A DNA stretch of 64,000 nucleotides from contig NC_043017.1 in NCBI RefSeq assembly GCF_006345805.1, forward strand, positions 26,846,001-26,910,000, read 5' to 3'. This DNA is from Octopus sinensis. Lineage: Eukaryota. The position numbers and the translations under genes are program-made. This document shows positions 12,748 through 26,244 of the stretch, piece after piece. The notes under the pieces were generated by a model. It saw only the letters and a program-made list of their open reading frames with translations. It was not told the origin of the DNA and made no database searches. How positions within the stretch are numbered: position 1 is the stretch's first letter; every line of letters starts with the position of its first letter.

Positions 12748-14035
12748 GGACTACAAAATGATATGAACACATAGTCATGGACTTTTAGACGCGGGTTAAC
12801 TTTTCGCTGCAGAAGATGCCTCGGGAGAAACATCTTCACTTAGACACCGTTTAGGAAAACACATAACCTAAGTATTAATTTGTATATATTTCGTAATTCT
12901 TAGAAATTTTAGTAGTCAGAAGCGAGAAAGAAATGATTTGATTTGAACTCTCATAACGTTTGGTATATCTTGGTAGAATAAATAGCTTGGTGTAACAAGC
13001 AACTGTTTCGCTTGTGGTCTAGTATGTTATTTACTATATTTATAGCCAGACTCACATTCGCAGGTCATTGAATATCTTAAGAATTTCCGACGATTTAGTT
13101 TACCGTCTTCACAGCGTTGTATGTAGATTCCTAAAGATCATGATTATTCTAAGATCTCGGCTGGAAATATACTAAATCCGCCTTCACACTACGTTACATG
13201 TCTCTCATATTAATTTAATTAAATGTTGTGCAACAGTTTATTATACATTTTACTTTCACTTTCTGTTTGATTTATAGCCCTTAACCATGCTTAGCTTTCT
13301 TAAGCAATGCTCAAATATGTTTAGCTCTTATCAATACAGTCATTGTCTTGATTAATTTAATTAGAGGTGCTGAGATCACCAAATTAAGTTTGTTTGTAAA
13401 TACTTCATTTATCATATATATTGTTCAGTAAATTGCAAAGTTACGACACAATCAATTTCGTCTCCATTCTCTGTTAGAATTTTATATATTGTTTAGATAG
13501 AGTCAGTAAGATTTTATAAAATAAGAACAACACCTTACATGTACGTTTGCAATCATCCCAAAAAAGGGGGAAACCTTTAATTAATTGTACTAATTATGTT
13601 ACAATATGGCTTTATTAAGGGATACATTCTTCAGGAGGAAATGGACGAAAATGATACTACAAGCTTGCATCGATACTCTCTATATTTGTGTCTCTAAATC
13701 TGGTTATCTGTCACACATAAAATTCAGATCACTCGCAATCAGGACTTAAGCTGTGGTCTCTTGTACAACAAGCCTATTTGCGAGAATTTGATATGAGTAT
13801 GTATTTCTTTCTGTATACCAGTATTAACAGGTAAACTACCAAATATACTCAAATATATTTTGTGACTCTAAAACTGAAAAAAATGCAAGCGCCTGAAAAC
13901 GCCCATTCGACGAAAAGAAACGACACACATTCATACCATATCACAAAATATATCCTGTCTTTATTCGAGGTACAAATGTTGTGTTTTAGCTAAGGATTCC
14001 TTAGCCACATGCAAGAGAAAATGTCAGATATATAT

Positions 14036-14087
<52 letters not shown>

Positions 14088-14095
14088 TATATATA

Positions 14096-14156
<61 letters not shown>

Positions 14157-14564
14157 TACCAAGAAACAAAAATGTTTTTATTGAACTAAACTTTTGGCGT
14201 TCGGTTTTGATTACTTTCTCAAATACTTACTTGCAAACTGTTTTTAATATTTTCTTATTAATATAAAAGAATGTATATCTGTGTTTTAATACTTTTGTGA
14301 TAACCAGTACTTAATACAACAAGGCTCATGCATAGCTTTACCTTTTAATGTTCACAATCTTTTTCTAAAAAAGTGAAACCGGTCAAGTGAATAAACATCT
14401 TTAAAATTGCATTTTCAAACCTTCTTTCATATATATTTCCCCTCGTGCAGTATCTTACAACTTTCCAACGAATGTTTTAGAGAATAAAAATAAGAAATAC
14501 GTGGAAATTTTACCGGCGAGTGTGTTAAATTATAAGGCACTAAAGAGAATGACTCTCCCCATAC

Positions 14565-14653
<89 letters not shown>

Positions 14654-15516
14654 AGTAAAGACAGAAAGAGAGAGAGAGGAGAATGAATGATAGGGAGAAA
14701 ATTAGACAATGTATTTCTAGCAAGGGTTGATTGAAGTCATATGAAACATGTTTCACGAATTAGCTGAAAAATTTGTGGACTGAAAAACACATAAGAACAC
14801 ATACTTATAATATCTTGATACTTATAATATCTTGAGAGAGAGAGAGACACGCGTACACTTAACGCGTACAGACACGCATACACTTAACGCAGTCCTGAAG
14901 GAGATTCACCATAACATTATGTCTGATAATACTGGCACATTCAAAGACAGGTACTACGCATTTTTTTCAGCTGCACAACAAATGCACAACAAGCCGGGAA
15001 GAGTCTAAATCAGGACATTATATCCTGCGGCAAATACACTAACCGCTAAAATGCAACTACAAAATAATAGAAAGAGAGAAACTGAACTTCTGTGAATATA
15101 TTTGCCTGATTCTCCCCATCACAGCGAGGTAAAAGATTAACAATAACCTAGCATTTAAGTTATCGTATATCAGTAAACAGAGCCGTGGTGCTTACTAATG
15201 GAGTTTCACTAAGAAACCTTATCAATAAATTCCAATTATTGAAACTTATTATCTAACTGATATCTCATTTCTAACGAAATTTGTTGAGAGTTGTGCAAAC
15301 TGGACAACAATTCGTCACCGTCTTTCTCTATTGTTATATCTATCGGTATAACTGATATATATTTCGATACATGTACGTATACGTGCAAAATTGTGTGTGT
15401 TGTGTGTGTGTGTGGGAGTGAGTGTAATTGTATGTATATATTTATGTGTATTTGTATACATGTATATGATGATAATAATAATAATAAAAATAATAATAAC
15501 AATAACAATAATAATA

Positions 15517-15699
15517 GATGCACGAGTGGATGTGTGGTAAGTAGCTTGCTTACCAACCACATGGTTCCGGGTTTAGTCCCACTGCGTAGCACCTTAGGCA
15601 AGTGTCTTCTACTATAGCCTCGGGCCGACAAAAGCCTTGTGAGTGAATTTGGTAGATGGAAACTGAAAGCAGTCTGTCGTATATATGTATATATATATG

Positions 15700-15738
<39 letters not shown>

Positions 15739-15957
15739 TATATATATATATACATATACCTATATGTATTATGCAATGTGTGTCTCTGTGTTTGTCCCCC
15801 TAACATCGCTTGACAACCGATGCTAGTGTGTTTAGTCCCCGGTCATTAGCGGTTGGGCACAAGAGACCGATAGAATAAGTCCTGAGGTCAATGAGCTTGA
15901 CTAGAGGCGGTGCTTCAGCATAGCCACAGTCATATGACTGAAACAAGTAAAAGAGTA
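15517..15957 (+). mobile_element. SINE-B, full length (diverged)
   Basis: gagtggatgtgtggtaagtagcttgcttaccaaccacatgg... through ...gactgaaacaagtaaaagagt. Confidence 0.9.
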
Positions 15958-16324
15958 ATTGTAACCTCAATATCGAAATAATATTAATAACAACAACAAC
16001 AAAACATAAATAAAGGTTTATTTATATATGTCATAATTTGAAACTGTAAGGTGTGGCCATTATTTTGCGCGGAGTTTCGAATATCTTCGGCTTTTACGGG
16101 CAACAGACGCTATGAAATAACGTTGAATACGAGGGAAGTTACTCTAATAGGTAGTAAAGGAAAAAAAAGTAAAAAATACACGCAACAATTTTCTCAGAAT
16201 ACATAGACATAATCCTCGTGCGTTCACTACGTCTACATATGTACACGCTCGCACAAACATGTATACGTACTTGCGCCTACACACACAAATATATATGTAT
16301 GTACATACTCATGCATGTACACAT

Positions 16325-16515
16325 ATATAGGGAGAGTTTACGACAAAAACATTAGACGAGGACAGGTGATGTACAAGACAAACATGTATTAGTATAGCGC
16401 TCAGGAATAGAAAAAAGTATTTTACGTTTCGAGCCTACGCTCTTCTACAGAAAGGGACACAGAAAAAACAAGCAGAGAAACAAGGAGAGAAAAACGTGTG
16501 TAGTGGCTAACGATT
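16325..16515 (-). mobile_element. Hammerhead-like interspersed repeat, copy 2
   Basis: Reverse complement of 16419-16456: ccctttCTGTAGAaGAGCgtagGCTCGAAAcgtaaaat. Confidence 0.6.
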
Positions 16516-16564
<49 letters not shown>

Positions 16565-17480
16565 ATATATAAGTATATATATGTGTGTTGTGGTGAAGCG
16601 AGAGAGATAAACAATGTATTCTATATGAAGGGTTTAACATATTGAATATATTTTGATGAATAACCTGCAAAACTTGTGAACTGAAAAACACAAAATACGT
16701 GTATAAATATCTTGTGTATGTCATAACGAAGACAAAGAGAGACAGAGAGCAGTGAGATACCCATTCTTATCTTTTCCTATCCATCCCCTTATCCCTTCTC
16801 ATCCACCCCATAATATCTTGACCACGAACTAAAACTCCTCTTTCGTCTGTGTTTCACTTTCTTCCACTTTTTCCAAACTTTTTATTTTTTTCTTATTTCC
16901 TCTTCTAGTTTCCTTTTTCTCTCCCTCTTCCTTTCCTTCTTCTTTTCTCATCTTTTCCTTTTGACCTTTCTCCTCCTTTTATCATAAACATATTCTCCTC
17001 TCTCTATTTCTATTACCACTATATTCTCAGTTTCATTCACACCACAAGACCCATATGAATGAACAGCGACCCGAAATTTTATAACTCTGACTTCTTCAAC
17101 TTCTCAACTTATTCCAGCATATTTATGAGTTGGAGCTTATATTAGATCAACCACCTAAATATAGGAGGGCCTGATACACCACAAATCTATTGTAGATTTT
17201 GAAGCTGCTGTAGATAATATTTTTACGCACAGTGGATATTACGTTCCTCCAAGGAATAACATATTGTGGTCTGTAGACTTATCATTGTTGGAATACGTTT
17301 GACGAATGGTTTTCACCTATAAATCTGGAGTTAACTTGTAGCATCAACGTTGAGTATATTCTCTGAGTATATATAGGAAATGTGTAGCTTTTTTTTCATC
17401 GCTGGAAATCATGGAAGCACGAAAGTGCAAGGAAATTAGAAATGACAAAGTCCTTCTCTCTCTCTATCAAGAAATCTCTC

Positions 17481-17583
<103 letters not shown>

Positions 17584-17815
17584 TTCTGTGATAACGATCC
17601 CTATATATCTTTTTTTTTCTATCTTTCCATCCCCCAACTTCTTATTATTCTTTTTTCTACCCCCCCCCTTTTTAACCCCTCCCTTTTTTGTCCTTTTTCT
17701 TTCCTTATACGAGCCCTTTTGATCAAAAACCACCACTCTCTTTTTTTTACCCCCAAAAGAAAGCTCTACCTTGTATTTGTTCTATCTGTGTGCAGCCCTG
17801 TGGGCCAATAGAAAC
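17584..17815 (+). mobile_element. 3' UTR of the same L1/Tx1-like LINE family, embedded in (TATC)n
   Basis: Ends ctaccttgtatttgttctatctgtgtgcagccctgtgggccaatagaaac, matching the 12059 copy. Confidence 0.75.
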
Positions 17816-17838
17816 ATATCTATCTATCTATCTATCTC

Positions 17839-17882
<44 letters not shown>

Positions 17883-17918
17883 CCTAACTATCTATCTACC
17901 GATTTATCTATCTATCTG

Positions 17919-17983
<65 letters not shown>

Positions 17984-18000
17984 ATCTATCTATATCTATC
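17816..18000. repeat. (TCTA)n microsatellite
   Basis: Direct reading. Confidence 0.95.
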
Positions 18001-18235
18001 ACAATGGACGGACGCTAGTCATATCGGCTCCAAGTAAGTTGGCCACTTTTACATGTTTAAAACTCCTTGTTGTCAAATATTTTGTTTAATCGTTGTGCCA
18101 ATTCATTCACTAAAAAACCTGAGAATTATTCACGTAGAATTCCGCCCCTGTATGGGCGAAATTACAAAAAAACTTTCAAAACTTTCGTGGTTTTTTTAGC
18201 CATTTTTCATTTTGAAAATGGCAACTAGAACCACG

Positions 18236-18335
18236 NNNNNNNNNNNNNNNNNNNNNNNNNNNNNNNNNNNNNNNNNNNNNNNNNNNNNNNNNNNNNNNNN
18301 NNNNNNNNNNNNNNNNNNNNNNNNNNNNNNNNNNN
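18236..18335. other. Assembly gap (100 N)
   Basis: Run of N; a round length like this usually marks a gap of unknown size. Confidence 0.99.
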
Positions 18336-18447
18336 ATATCTATAGATAGATATATATATCTATATAAATGCATATACATAGACACACCACACACATATAT
18401 ATATATGTATATACACACACATATATATATGTATATGTATTATGTAG

Positions 18448-18479
<32 letters not shown>

Positions 18480-19147
18480 CATAAATACATATATATATAT
18501 ATTGTGTGTGGTATATACATACATTATAATATATATATATATATAATATATATATATATATACGTACATATATATATATGCATATTTATGTACACATATA
18601 TGCAAATAGTTTCATTTAATTATGTAATTTAAATGATATAGCCTCTAATGAAACATTCGGATTGCATATTCTCCAAAGAATTTATTTATTTCCGATCCAC
18701 TAAAACCGCTATTATTTCAATTTAACTATTAATCTTGTTTATGTCAAAGAGCATCAAAAATTGAGGTAAATTAATTTATTTAACACCAACAGGCATTGTT
18801 TAATTATGTTATTCTTATTCGTCATTTTAAGAGAGATTTTAGGATCAAAAACCACATAACGTATATCATTATTTTGTTTCAACTCAATAAAGGTATTTTT
18901 CCTGCTAAAATGATGCAAATACAAGTAGGATATTGCACACGATATTGTATAGTACCTTGTATATGATATTGCATAATACATTGTATGTTATTATATAATA
19001 TTTCATGCGATACTGTATAGTATTATATGAAATTGCATACGATAGTGTATGATATTGTATGATATTGCATACTAGAGCGGGGTGCAGAATTTCAAAATTG
19101 ATGCAAAAGGATTTGCGGAGTTGATATGTGGTGTGTAGGTTGATCAA

Positions 19148-19882
19148 ATCAGAAACGTTAGCACGCCGGGTAAAATGCCGTTACGTTCTGAGTTCAATTT
19201 CCACCGAGGTCGACTTTGCCTTTCATCCTTTCGGGGTCGATAAAATAAGTACCAGTTACGCACTGGGTGGATTTAATCGACTTAATCCATTTGTCTGTCC
19301 TTGTTTGTCCCCTCTGTGGGTAGTAAAGAAATAGGTATTTCGTCTGCTGCTACGTTCTGAGTTCAAATTCCGCCGAGGTCGACTTTGCCTTTCATCCTTT
19401 CGGGGTCGATAAAATAAGTACCAGTTACGCACTGGGTGGATTTAATCGACTTAATCCATTTGTCTGTCCTTGTTTGTCCCCTCTGTGGGTAGTAAAGAAA
19501 TAGGTATTTCGTCTGCTGCTACGTTCTGAGTTCAAATTCCGCCGAGGTCGACTTTGCCTTTCATCCTTTCGGGGTAGAATTATTAAATACCGGTTGCGAA
19601 CTGGGGTCGATGTAATCGACTTAATCCGTTTGTCTGCCCATATTGGTCCCGTATGTGTTTAGCCGCTTGTGGGTAGTAAAGAAATAGGTATTTCGTCTGT
19701 CGCTACGTTCTGAGTTCAAATTCCGCCGAGGTGGCGTTTGCTTTTATCGTTTCGGGGTCGATTAAATAAGTACCAGTTACGGAGTGGGGTGGATATAATC
19801 GACTTAATCCGTTTGTCTGTTCTTGTTTGTTCTTTCTGTGTTTAGCGCCTGAAAGGATGAAATGCAAAGGTAGTAAAGAAAC
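19148..19882 (+). mobile_element. SINE-M tetramer (one truncated head plus four bodies) flanked by an 11-bp TSD
   Basis: Body repeats restart at 19334, 19503 and 19687; TSD aggttgatcaa at 19137-19147 and 19883-19893. Confidence 0.88.
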
Positions 19883-19999
19883 AGGTTGATCAATGTGCAT
19901 TGCAGTTGGTTAAGTGTATTTTAATACACACCTGTGAGTGGATTTGGTAATTAAACTGAAAGATGTCTGTTGTATGTCTGCGTGCGCGTGTGCATGTGT

Positions 20000-20043
<44 letters not shown>

Positions 20044-20481
20044 TTGCAGGTATGTTTGTGCCTCGCCATTGCTTGACAACCGGTGTTAACATCCAACATA
20101 GCTTTGCCTCTTGTGAAAATAATCCGGTAAAATATCTCCAAGCTTGTAACAAGTCTTGGTGTCGAGTGAAATCTTTTCTGGCTCCCGTCTCAGAAGTGGT
20201 AACGATATGTGAGCATGTGTGTGTGTGTGTGAGAGAGAGAGCGGAGAGAGAGAGAGCGAGAGAGAGAGAGAGTATCTGTTTGTGCACGCGCACGTGCGTG
20301 TATAATATATTTCATTTGCATATACATACACACACATATTTATACACACATACCTACATGTATGTATATATTATGTATATATGTTGAATATATATATATA
20401 TATAATAATAATATATATCTATATATATGTATGTATGTAGATATTATATTATATAATATATATATATATATATATAAATAT

Positions 20482-20527
<46 letters not shown>

Positions 20528-20580
20528 ATATATATATAGGTATATGTATATGTATATATGTATATGTATATATGTATATG

Positions 20581-20614
<34 letters not shown>

Positions 20615-20841
20615 ATATATATATATATAATATTCTGGTATATCGGAACGCTTTTTCTTTTACTTGGCAATATATACGCACATACTAGCGAGGCTAAAAC
20701 ACGCTACTTACTTCCTTCCTTCCTTCCAGGCACTGCTCTAAACAGCAGATGAGAGCTAGAACTTTAATACTTAATGCACATGAGCAGTAGAGTACGAGGT
20801 CAATCCTTGCCGAGCGGCTTTGCTCTTCGTAGTTTAGCTTC

Positions 20842-20855
20842 GTTACTATGGCAAC
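20842..20855. promoter_or_regulatory. RFX X-box-like motif GTTACTATGGCAAC
   Basis: Close match to the palindromic X-box consensus GTNRCC-N(0-3)-RGYAAC; no functional evidence. Confidence 0.3.
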
Positions 20856-21380
20856 ACTCAGGATACATATTGATCAGACCCCGTATATATATCGCAATTA
20901 TATATATATATATGCCATTTGTAATTATATGTATTCTATTTGCCTTGTTAATATCTAATTTGAGAGCAATTTCTCTGCAACTTCTCACAAATGTCTCAAT
21001 GATCACTTCGAATTGTATTAATATGGAGGAACAGTGAAATTGGCATTGCGCTACTTGAATACTTAGTGTCACGTCTACAACATATATTCTTATCAGTAAG
21101 TCCATTATCCCGTTTTCTTGTTCCCATTGTGAATAATCGATCATCGTTCTTCAGTTGACGTATTTTTAATAGCAAAAATATATATTCAAAAGAAGATATT
21201 TGACAAACACGTTATTTATAAGTATTTTTGTATTCGATGGTATATTTCGTATTCCATTATAACACAGAATGTAAGAGAATCAATGAAATAATTATGTTGT
21301 CGCTTGATATCAAGCACTTGGGCGTACATTGAAATACTCTCTTCACGTAATATGTTTTTGAGACTAATACCTTAATATAA

Positions 21381-21685
21381 GTGGAGGCGCAATGACCCAG
21401 TGGTTAGGGAAGCGGACTCGCAGTCTGAGGATCTCGGTATCGATTCCAGACCGGGCGTTGTGTGTGTTTATTGAGCGAAAACACCCAAAAGCTCCACGAG
21501 GCTCCGGCAGGGGGTGTGTGTCGAACCCTGCTGTACTCTTTCACCCCAACTCTCACGCACACTTTCTTCCTGTTTCTTGGGTAACGCTGCGATGGACTGG
21601 CGTTCCGTCCAGTTGGGGGGAACACATACGCCACAGAAACAGAGAAAACGGGCCCATGAGCGTAGATAAGTTTGAAAAGGGTGCA
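21381..21685 (+). mobile_element. SINE-A head with alternative tail module
   Basis: gtggaggcgcaatgacccagtggttaggg head; tail ggactggcgttccgtccag...gaaaacgggcccatgagcg is shared with SINE-C at 26511. Confidence 0.85.
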
Positions 21686-21769
21686 AAAATACCCTTAATA
21701 TAGTGAAGGAGTGTCATAAGTTATGTAGAAATTAAATATAAGCTGTATTTTCACTCGGAGCGATATATT

Positions 21770-22080
21770 AACAGTTTGATGGAACCTACACTCGCCTTCT
21801 TATGAGAGCTCAAAATCTCTCGTGGAAACGTCATCCAACCGAAATGCAAATATATGGGAAATTACCACATGTGTCACCTCCTGTGAAAGGTAGGAGAGTC
21901 CAGTTTGCTGGACATTGTTGTAGAGCTGAAAACGAGGCAATGTCTACTCTTCTCCTCTGGAAGCCATCTACGCGCGATACCAGAGGGCGCACACTCTCCT
22001 ACCCTGATGTAATCTCCTGGGATGCAGGCATCCAGCAACAGGACCTCCGTAATGTTGAAAAATAGTTCAGAGCTGGTATA
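21770..22080 (+). mobile_element. RTE-clade LINE ORF2 C-terminal fragment
   Basis: FDGTYTRLLMRAQNLSWKRHPT...IYGKLP...RRVQFAGHCCR...LLLWKP...RGRTLSYPDVI..DAG matches the RTE C-terminal pattern (RL.FAGH..R, W.P, RGR). Confidence 0.85.
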
Positions 22081-22576
22081 AGACTTTTTTTTATTTTAAA
22101 CCTTTCTTTATAACGCCTGGAAAAAAGAAAAAAAAAAATAATAGAATAATGAAATAAGACAGCTGTCAAACAACATCATAGCTTTTACATTACTATAGCT
22201 GTATAATAGGAATAAAAGTGATATTAATGTTGTGTCATACGTGAATGGCTAGGTTGGGTGCAATTAGATACTTGACAGAGAGTATACGTGACGGTGGTAG
22301 AGAAATAGATATGATAGAACATGATCGACAACTGCAGACATGTGACATGAAATCTCCTATATGTTGAGAAGAATGTGCATTATATCTTTCCGGGCAATAT
22401 GATATTTCACGCAGTCAATAAGGTAGACGTTTGTGACATTACGCCAACAGAAAATTTATTAGAAAATGAATTCAATGAATTCTGTTTATCGCAATTCCAA
22501 ATAGTTTTGGTTCAATTGAACGAGGTTTGTAGTCATCTCCCTCGGCTTCAGTGCGAGAGACATTGAAACTTCCAAC

Positions 22577-22946
22577 GTTAGTTAGTTAGTTAGTTAGTTA
22601 ATTTGGCTCAAAAGCAAATAGCAAGGCCATGTAGGGGGACATGGAGTTAAGTACAGGGTGGTGTTCATGTAAAGAGTTCAGGCCACTTGAGGTCCAGGGA
22701 GGCTTTGTACAAAGCGGTCGTCGGCATCTTCACCATCTCGTCAGGCAGCTTGTTCCACGGATCCGCAACCCGGACGGAGAAAGCTCCTCTCCTTCGATTG
22801 AGATGAAATCGTCGCAGGTAGAGCTTTTCCGAATGACCCCGCAGCCGACGCTCTGGAGCAGGAGTGAAGAACAGCTCTTTCGAGAGGTTACACTTTCCGC
22901 TTATGATGTTGTGGGCGAGAATGAGATCACCACGGCGGCGTTTTAG
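22577..22946 (-). mobile_element. CR1-clade LINE 3' end with (TAAC)n tail
   Basis: Uninterrupted frame 22946..22665: LKRRRGDLILAHNIISGKCNLSKELFFTPAPERRLRGHSEKLYLRRFHLNRRRGAFSVRVADPWNKLPDEMVKMPTTALYKASLDLKWPELFT* (RRRGDLI, RGH..KL, FS.RV...WN.LP); tail is gtta repeats at 22577-22600. Confidence 0.92.
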
Positions 22947-23284
22947 TACATACTTCCGTGAAATAAGAACAAGAACACTGGTGGTTCATTCTTCCTGGAA
23001 ATGAGACTACGCACAAAGTAGGTAGAAGAAAGTGGGATATCTCCTCACCTCATCAACTACCATAATTTTGTTGATTGTCAAATCCATTATTCTTCATATC
23101 ATATAATCAGCACCAAAGAAATAATGATAAAATTAACGCTGCCACATATCTTAGCTTGTCTTATTAAACTTCGAATGTCCGTTGGAAAATATAGAAGTTG
23201 ATCGTCTGGGCTTGTAAGCATGATCAAAAACCTACAAGATAGTAATTGGCCCAGAGTAGAGAATAAAGTAAAATGTAGACTTCT

Positions 23285-23891
23285 TATTTCTCTTTTCTTT
23301 TCTCAAGGGGCTAAACACAGAGGGGACAAACAAGGACAGACAAACGAATTAAGTCGATTACATCGACCCCAGTGCGTAACTCGTAATTAATTTATCGAGC
23401 CCGAAAGGATGAAAGGCAAAGTCAACCACGACGGAATTTGAACTCAGAACGTAGCGGCAGACGAAATACCTATTTCTTTACTACCCACAAGGGGCTAAAC
23501 ACAAAGAGGACAAACAAGGACAGACAAAGGGATTAAGTTGATTACATCGACCCCAGTATGAAACTGGTACTTAATTTATCGACCCAGAAGGGATGAAAGG
23601 CAAGTCGACCTCGGCGGATTTTGAACTCAGAACGTAACGGCAGACGAAATACCTATTTCTATTTCTATACAACCCACGAGGGGCTAAACACAGAGGGGGA
23701 CAAACAAAGACAGACAAACGGATTAAGTCGATTACATCGACCCCAGTGCGTAACTGGTTCTTAATTTATCGACCCCGAAAGATGAAAGGCAAAGTCGACC
23801 TCGGCGGAGTTTGAACTCAGAACGTAACGTCAGACGAAATACCGCTAGGCATTTCGCCCGGCGTGCTAACGTATCTCCCAGCTTGCCGCCT
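23285..23891 (-). mobile_element. SINE-M trimer (one head plus three bodies) flanked by a 9-bp TSD
   Basis: Junctions near 23470 and 23653 read gaaatacctatttc; TSD tagacttct at 23276-23284 and 23892-23900. Confidence 0.85.
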
Positions 23892-25872
23892 TAGACTTCT
23901 GTAGACTTCTGAGCATAAACATCCCTTACCCTGCTGCCATTAGCATGAGATGCAATGCGACCCCCGCTCAATAAATTATTCTATCAGCCACTTATATGGA
24001 ATTCATAGCGAATATATTTCTTTCATTTAAACATAACCTGAGTTTAGTCATTAGTTTACTAGTGTATACATATCTGTAAGTATTGGAACCATAATCAATA
24101 AATATGTGATCTATATTATATTATAGAGGAACATTTGGAAGAATTGACGTCATTCAGTTCGTTTCTATACATTTGGCATACCGTTATATTTGTTATGGTT
24201 CCCGTAAAAATATTCTAAGAATATGAAGTTGTCATATAAAGCAAGTGATTGGGTTTATTCCGACCTACCGGGCTCAGAAGTGCATGAATATATCAGGCCT
24301 TTATATTTACGATTTGAAACTGAAACGATTTGGACGTGATAAGTCTTTCACATGTCACATAGAAAATACAATTTACTGAGGTGAATTATAACCAGAGGAA
24401 CGAGGATAGACATCATACTTCAAAGGCGTGATATAGCATGTTGCTTAAAAAGCATACTCACACATACACGCACTTACACACGGATAACTACGTAGAGGTA
24501 GATGAATACGTACGTTTTCATACAGCAAACGTCTTGTGATTGATTTGCGGAAAACTGAACTTTATGTCAGTCTAGACACAGAAGCAAAGAAATAAGTTTC
24601 AGAGGAGATAATCTACATCGGTGGTTGTCAGATGTAAATACAACTAAAACACATCATATCAAATATACTCTTCCGTTCGTTAGATGTATATTATTTGAAC
24701 GTATTGCTCTGTTCAGTGAAAACATAATTACGATTGCATGCGACGATCTGTTTCTTAAAATATGACAGGAAATCTATAGTGCGTGTCTCGGTATATGAAA
24801 ACATTCTTCAACGTATGTATACAAACTCTGTGTCTAATATGATATATTATAATATGCTCTCTGTAGTTAGAATTTAAAGGTATCATAATCGCGTATTCCA
24901 TTAAATCATTTAGAAATTAGTTTAGGAAACAGAAAATGCTGCCAATTAAAGCCTCGAATTTACGCTCATTTATATCTATCTCGAGCAATTTTCTTTTGGC
25001 CAAGATATTAAAGTTTCTATTTGAATTATGTATGACCTTTTGGCATTTGCTCATTTAGAACAATATATTATCAATCGGTCTTACTATCTTTGTGTTTCTT
25101 TTCATCTTTTATCTTGCTTCGGTCAATAGCCTATGACTATGTTGGGACATATCTTATATTTTAACTTCTTGGAATTTGAATTATTTGCGGGCATTTAATT
25201 TTCGCTTGATTCTTTATGGCTTATATATTAATGTAATTTATAAAACAATATTGTTTTCAAGCTGATCCTATTTAGTAGTGATCCGTCGTTATATAGAAGG
25301 TACGTCTCTACGTAGACATAACATGATGAACATTCGCCAACAGTCTCATTGGAACCATTAGAGGTGACTACCAGAGATTTTGAACGCGTGGAGTGTTTGC
25401 AGAAGGGAGATAATCGTTCCTCCTTTTCGTCGAAATTGGGAACAGCCGTTATATTTTCGCAGATTAAAGGTGGAAGATAGATAAATAAGTATAACAGCTG
25501 GAAACGATGTAAAACAACTCAGTGAATATACAGTTTATATTGTATAGAAATTCTTTGAACATTCAAAGCTACAACATATTGTCACAGAAAATCAGTATTA
25601 AGTGATGTTCAGTGGTCAATGTTTTTTGTTTCAGTTATATTTCAGTCAGCACCGTTCGCGGTCGCGTTTTGTAGCTACATTGCAAGTGTTAAATATATCG
25701 TTATGTAATAATTTGTGAGAAAATGATATAATACGATATCGTAATAATTTCTGTGAAAACACTATGGTGAGAGCGTTACTGGTTTTACAAGGTGTGGTAC
25801 AGGTAGGAATCTAAAGAAGGAGATGAATAAGTAAAGTTAAAATGCTTTGGTAGCTGGATCGTTATATTTATG

Positions 25873-26244
25873 GGAAGCACTCCGTCGGTTACGACGACGA
25901 GGGTTCCGGTTGATCCGAATCAACGGAACAGCCTGCTCGTGAAATTAACGTGTAAGTGGCTGAGCACTCCACAGATACGTGTACCCTTAACGTACTTCTC
26001 GAGGAGATTCAGCGTGACGAGGCTGGCCCTTTGAAATACAAGTACAACAGAAACAGGAAGAAAGAGTGAGAGAAAGTTGTGGTGAAAGAGTACAGCAGGG
26101 ATCACCACCATCCCCTGCCGGAGCCTCGTGGAGCTTTAGGTGTTTTCGCTCAATAAACACTCACAACGTCCGGTCTGGGAATCGAAACCGCGACCCTATG
26201 ACCGCGAGTCCGCTGCCCTAACCACTGGGCCATTGCGCCTCCAC
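25873..26244 (-). mobile_element. SINE-A, full length, 13-bp TSD
   Basis: TSD cgttatatttatg at 25860-25872 and 26245-26257; head has A box tggcccagtgg and B box gtttcgattcc. Confidence 0.93.

Noticed and set aside
19148-19882. Regular repeats that could be mistaken for a CRISPR array or satellite
   Set aside because: Eukaryotic context, ~170-185 bp SINE-derived units, no unique spacers and no cas genes
25625-25808. Acceptor-like tttcag pair and CAG|GTAGGA donor defining a possible exon
   Set aside because: I found no coding signal between the sites, the donor is moderate, and such matches are expected by chance in AT-rich DNA
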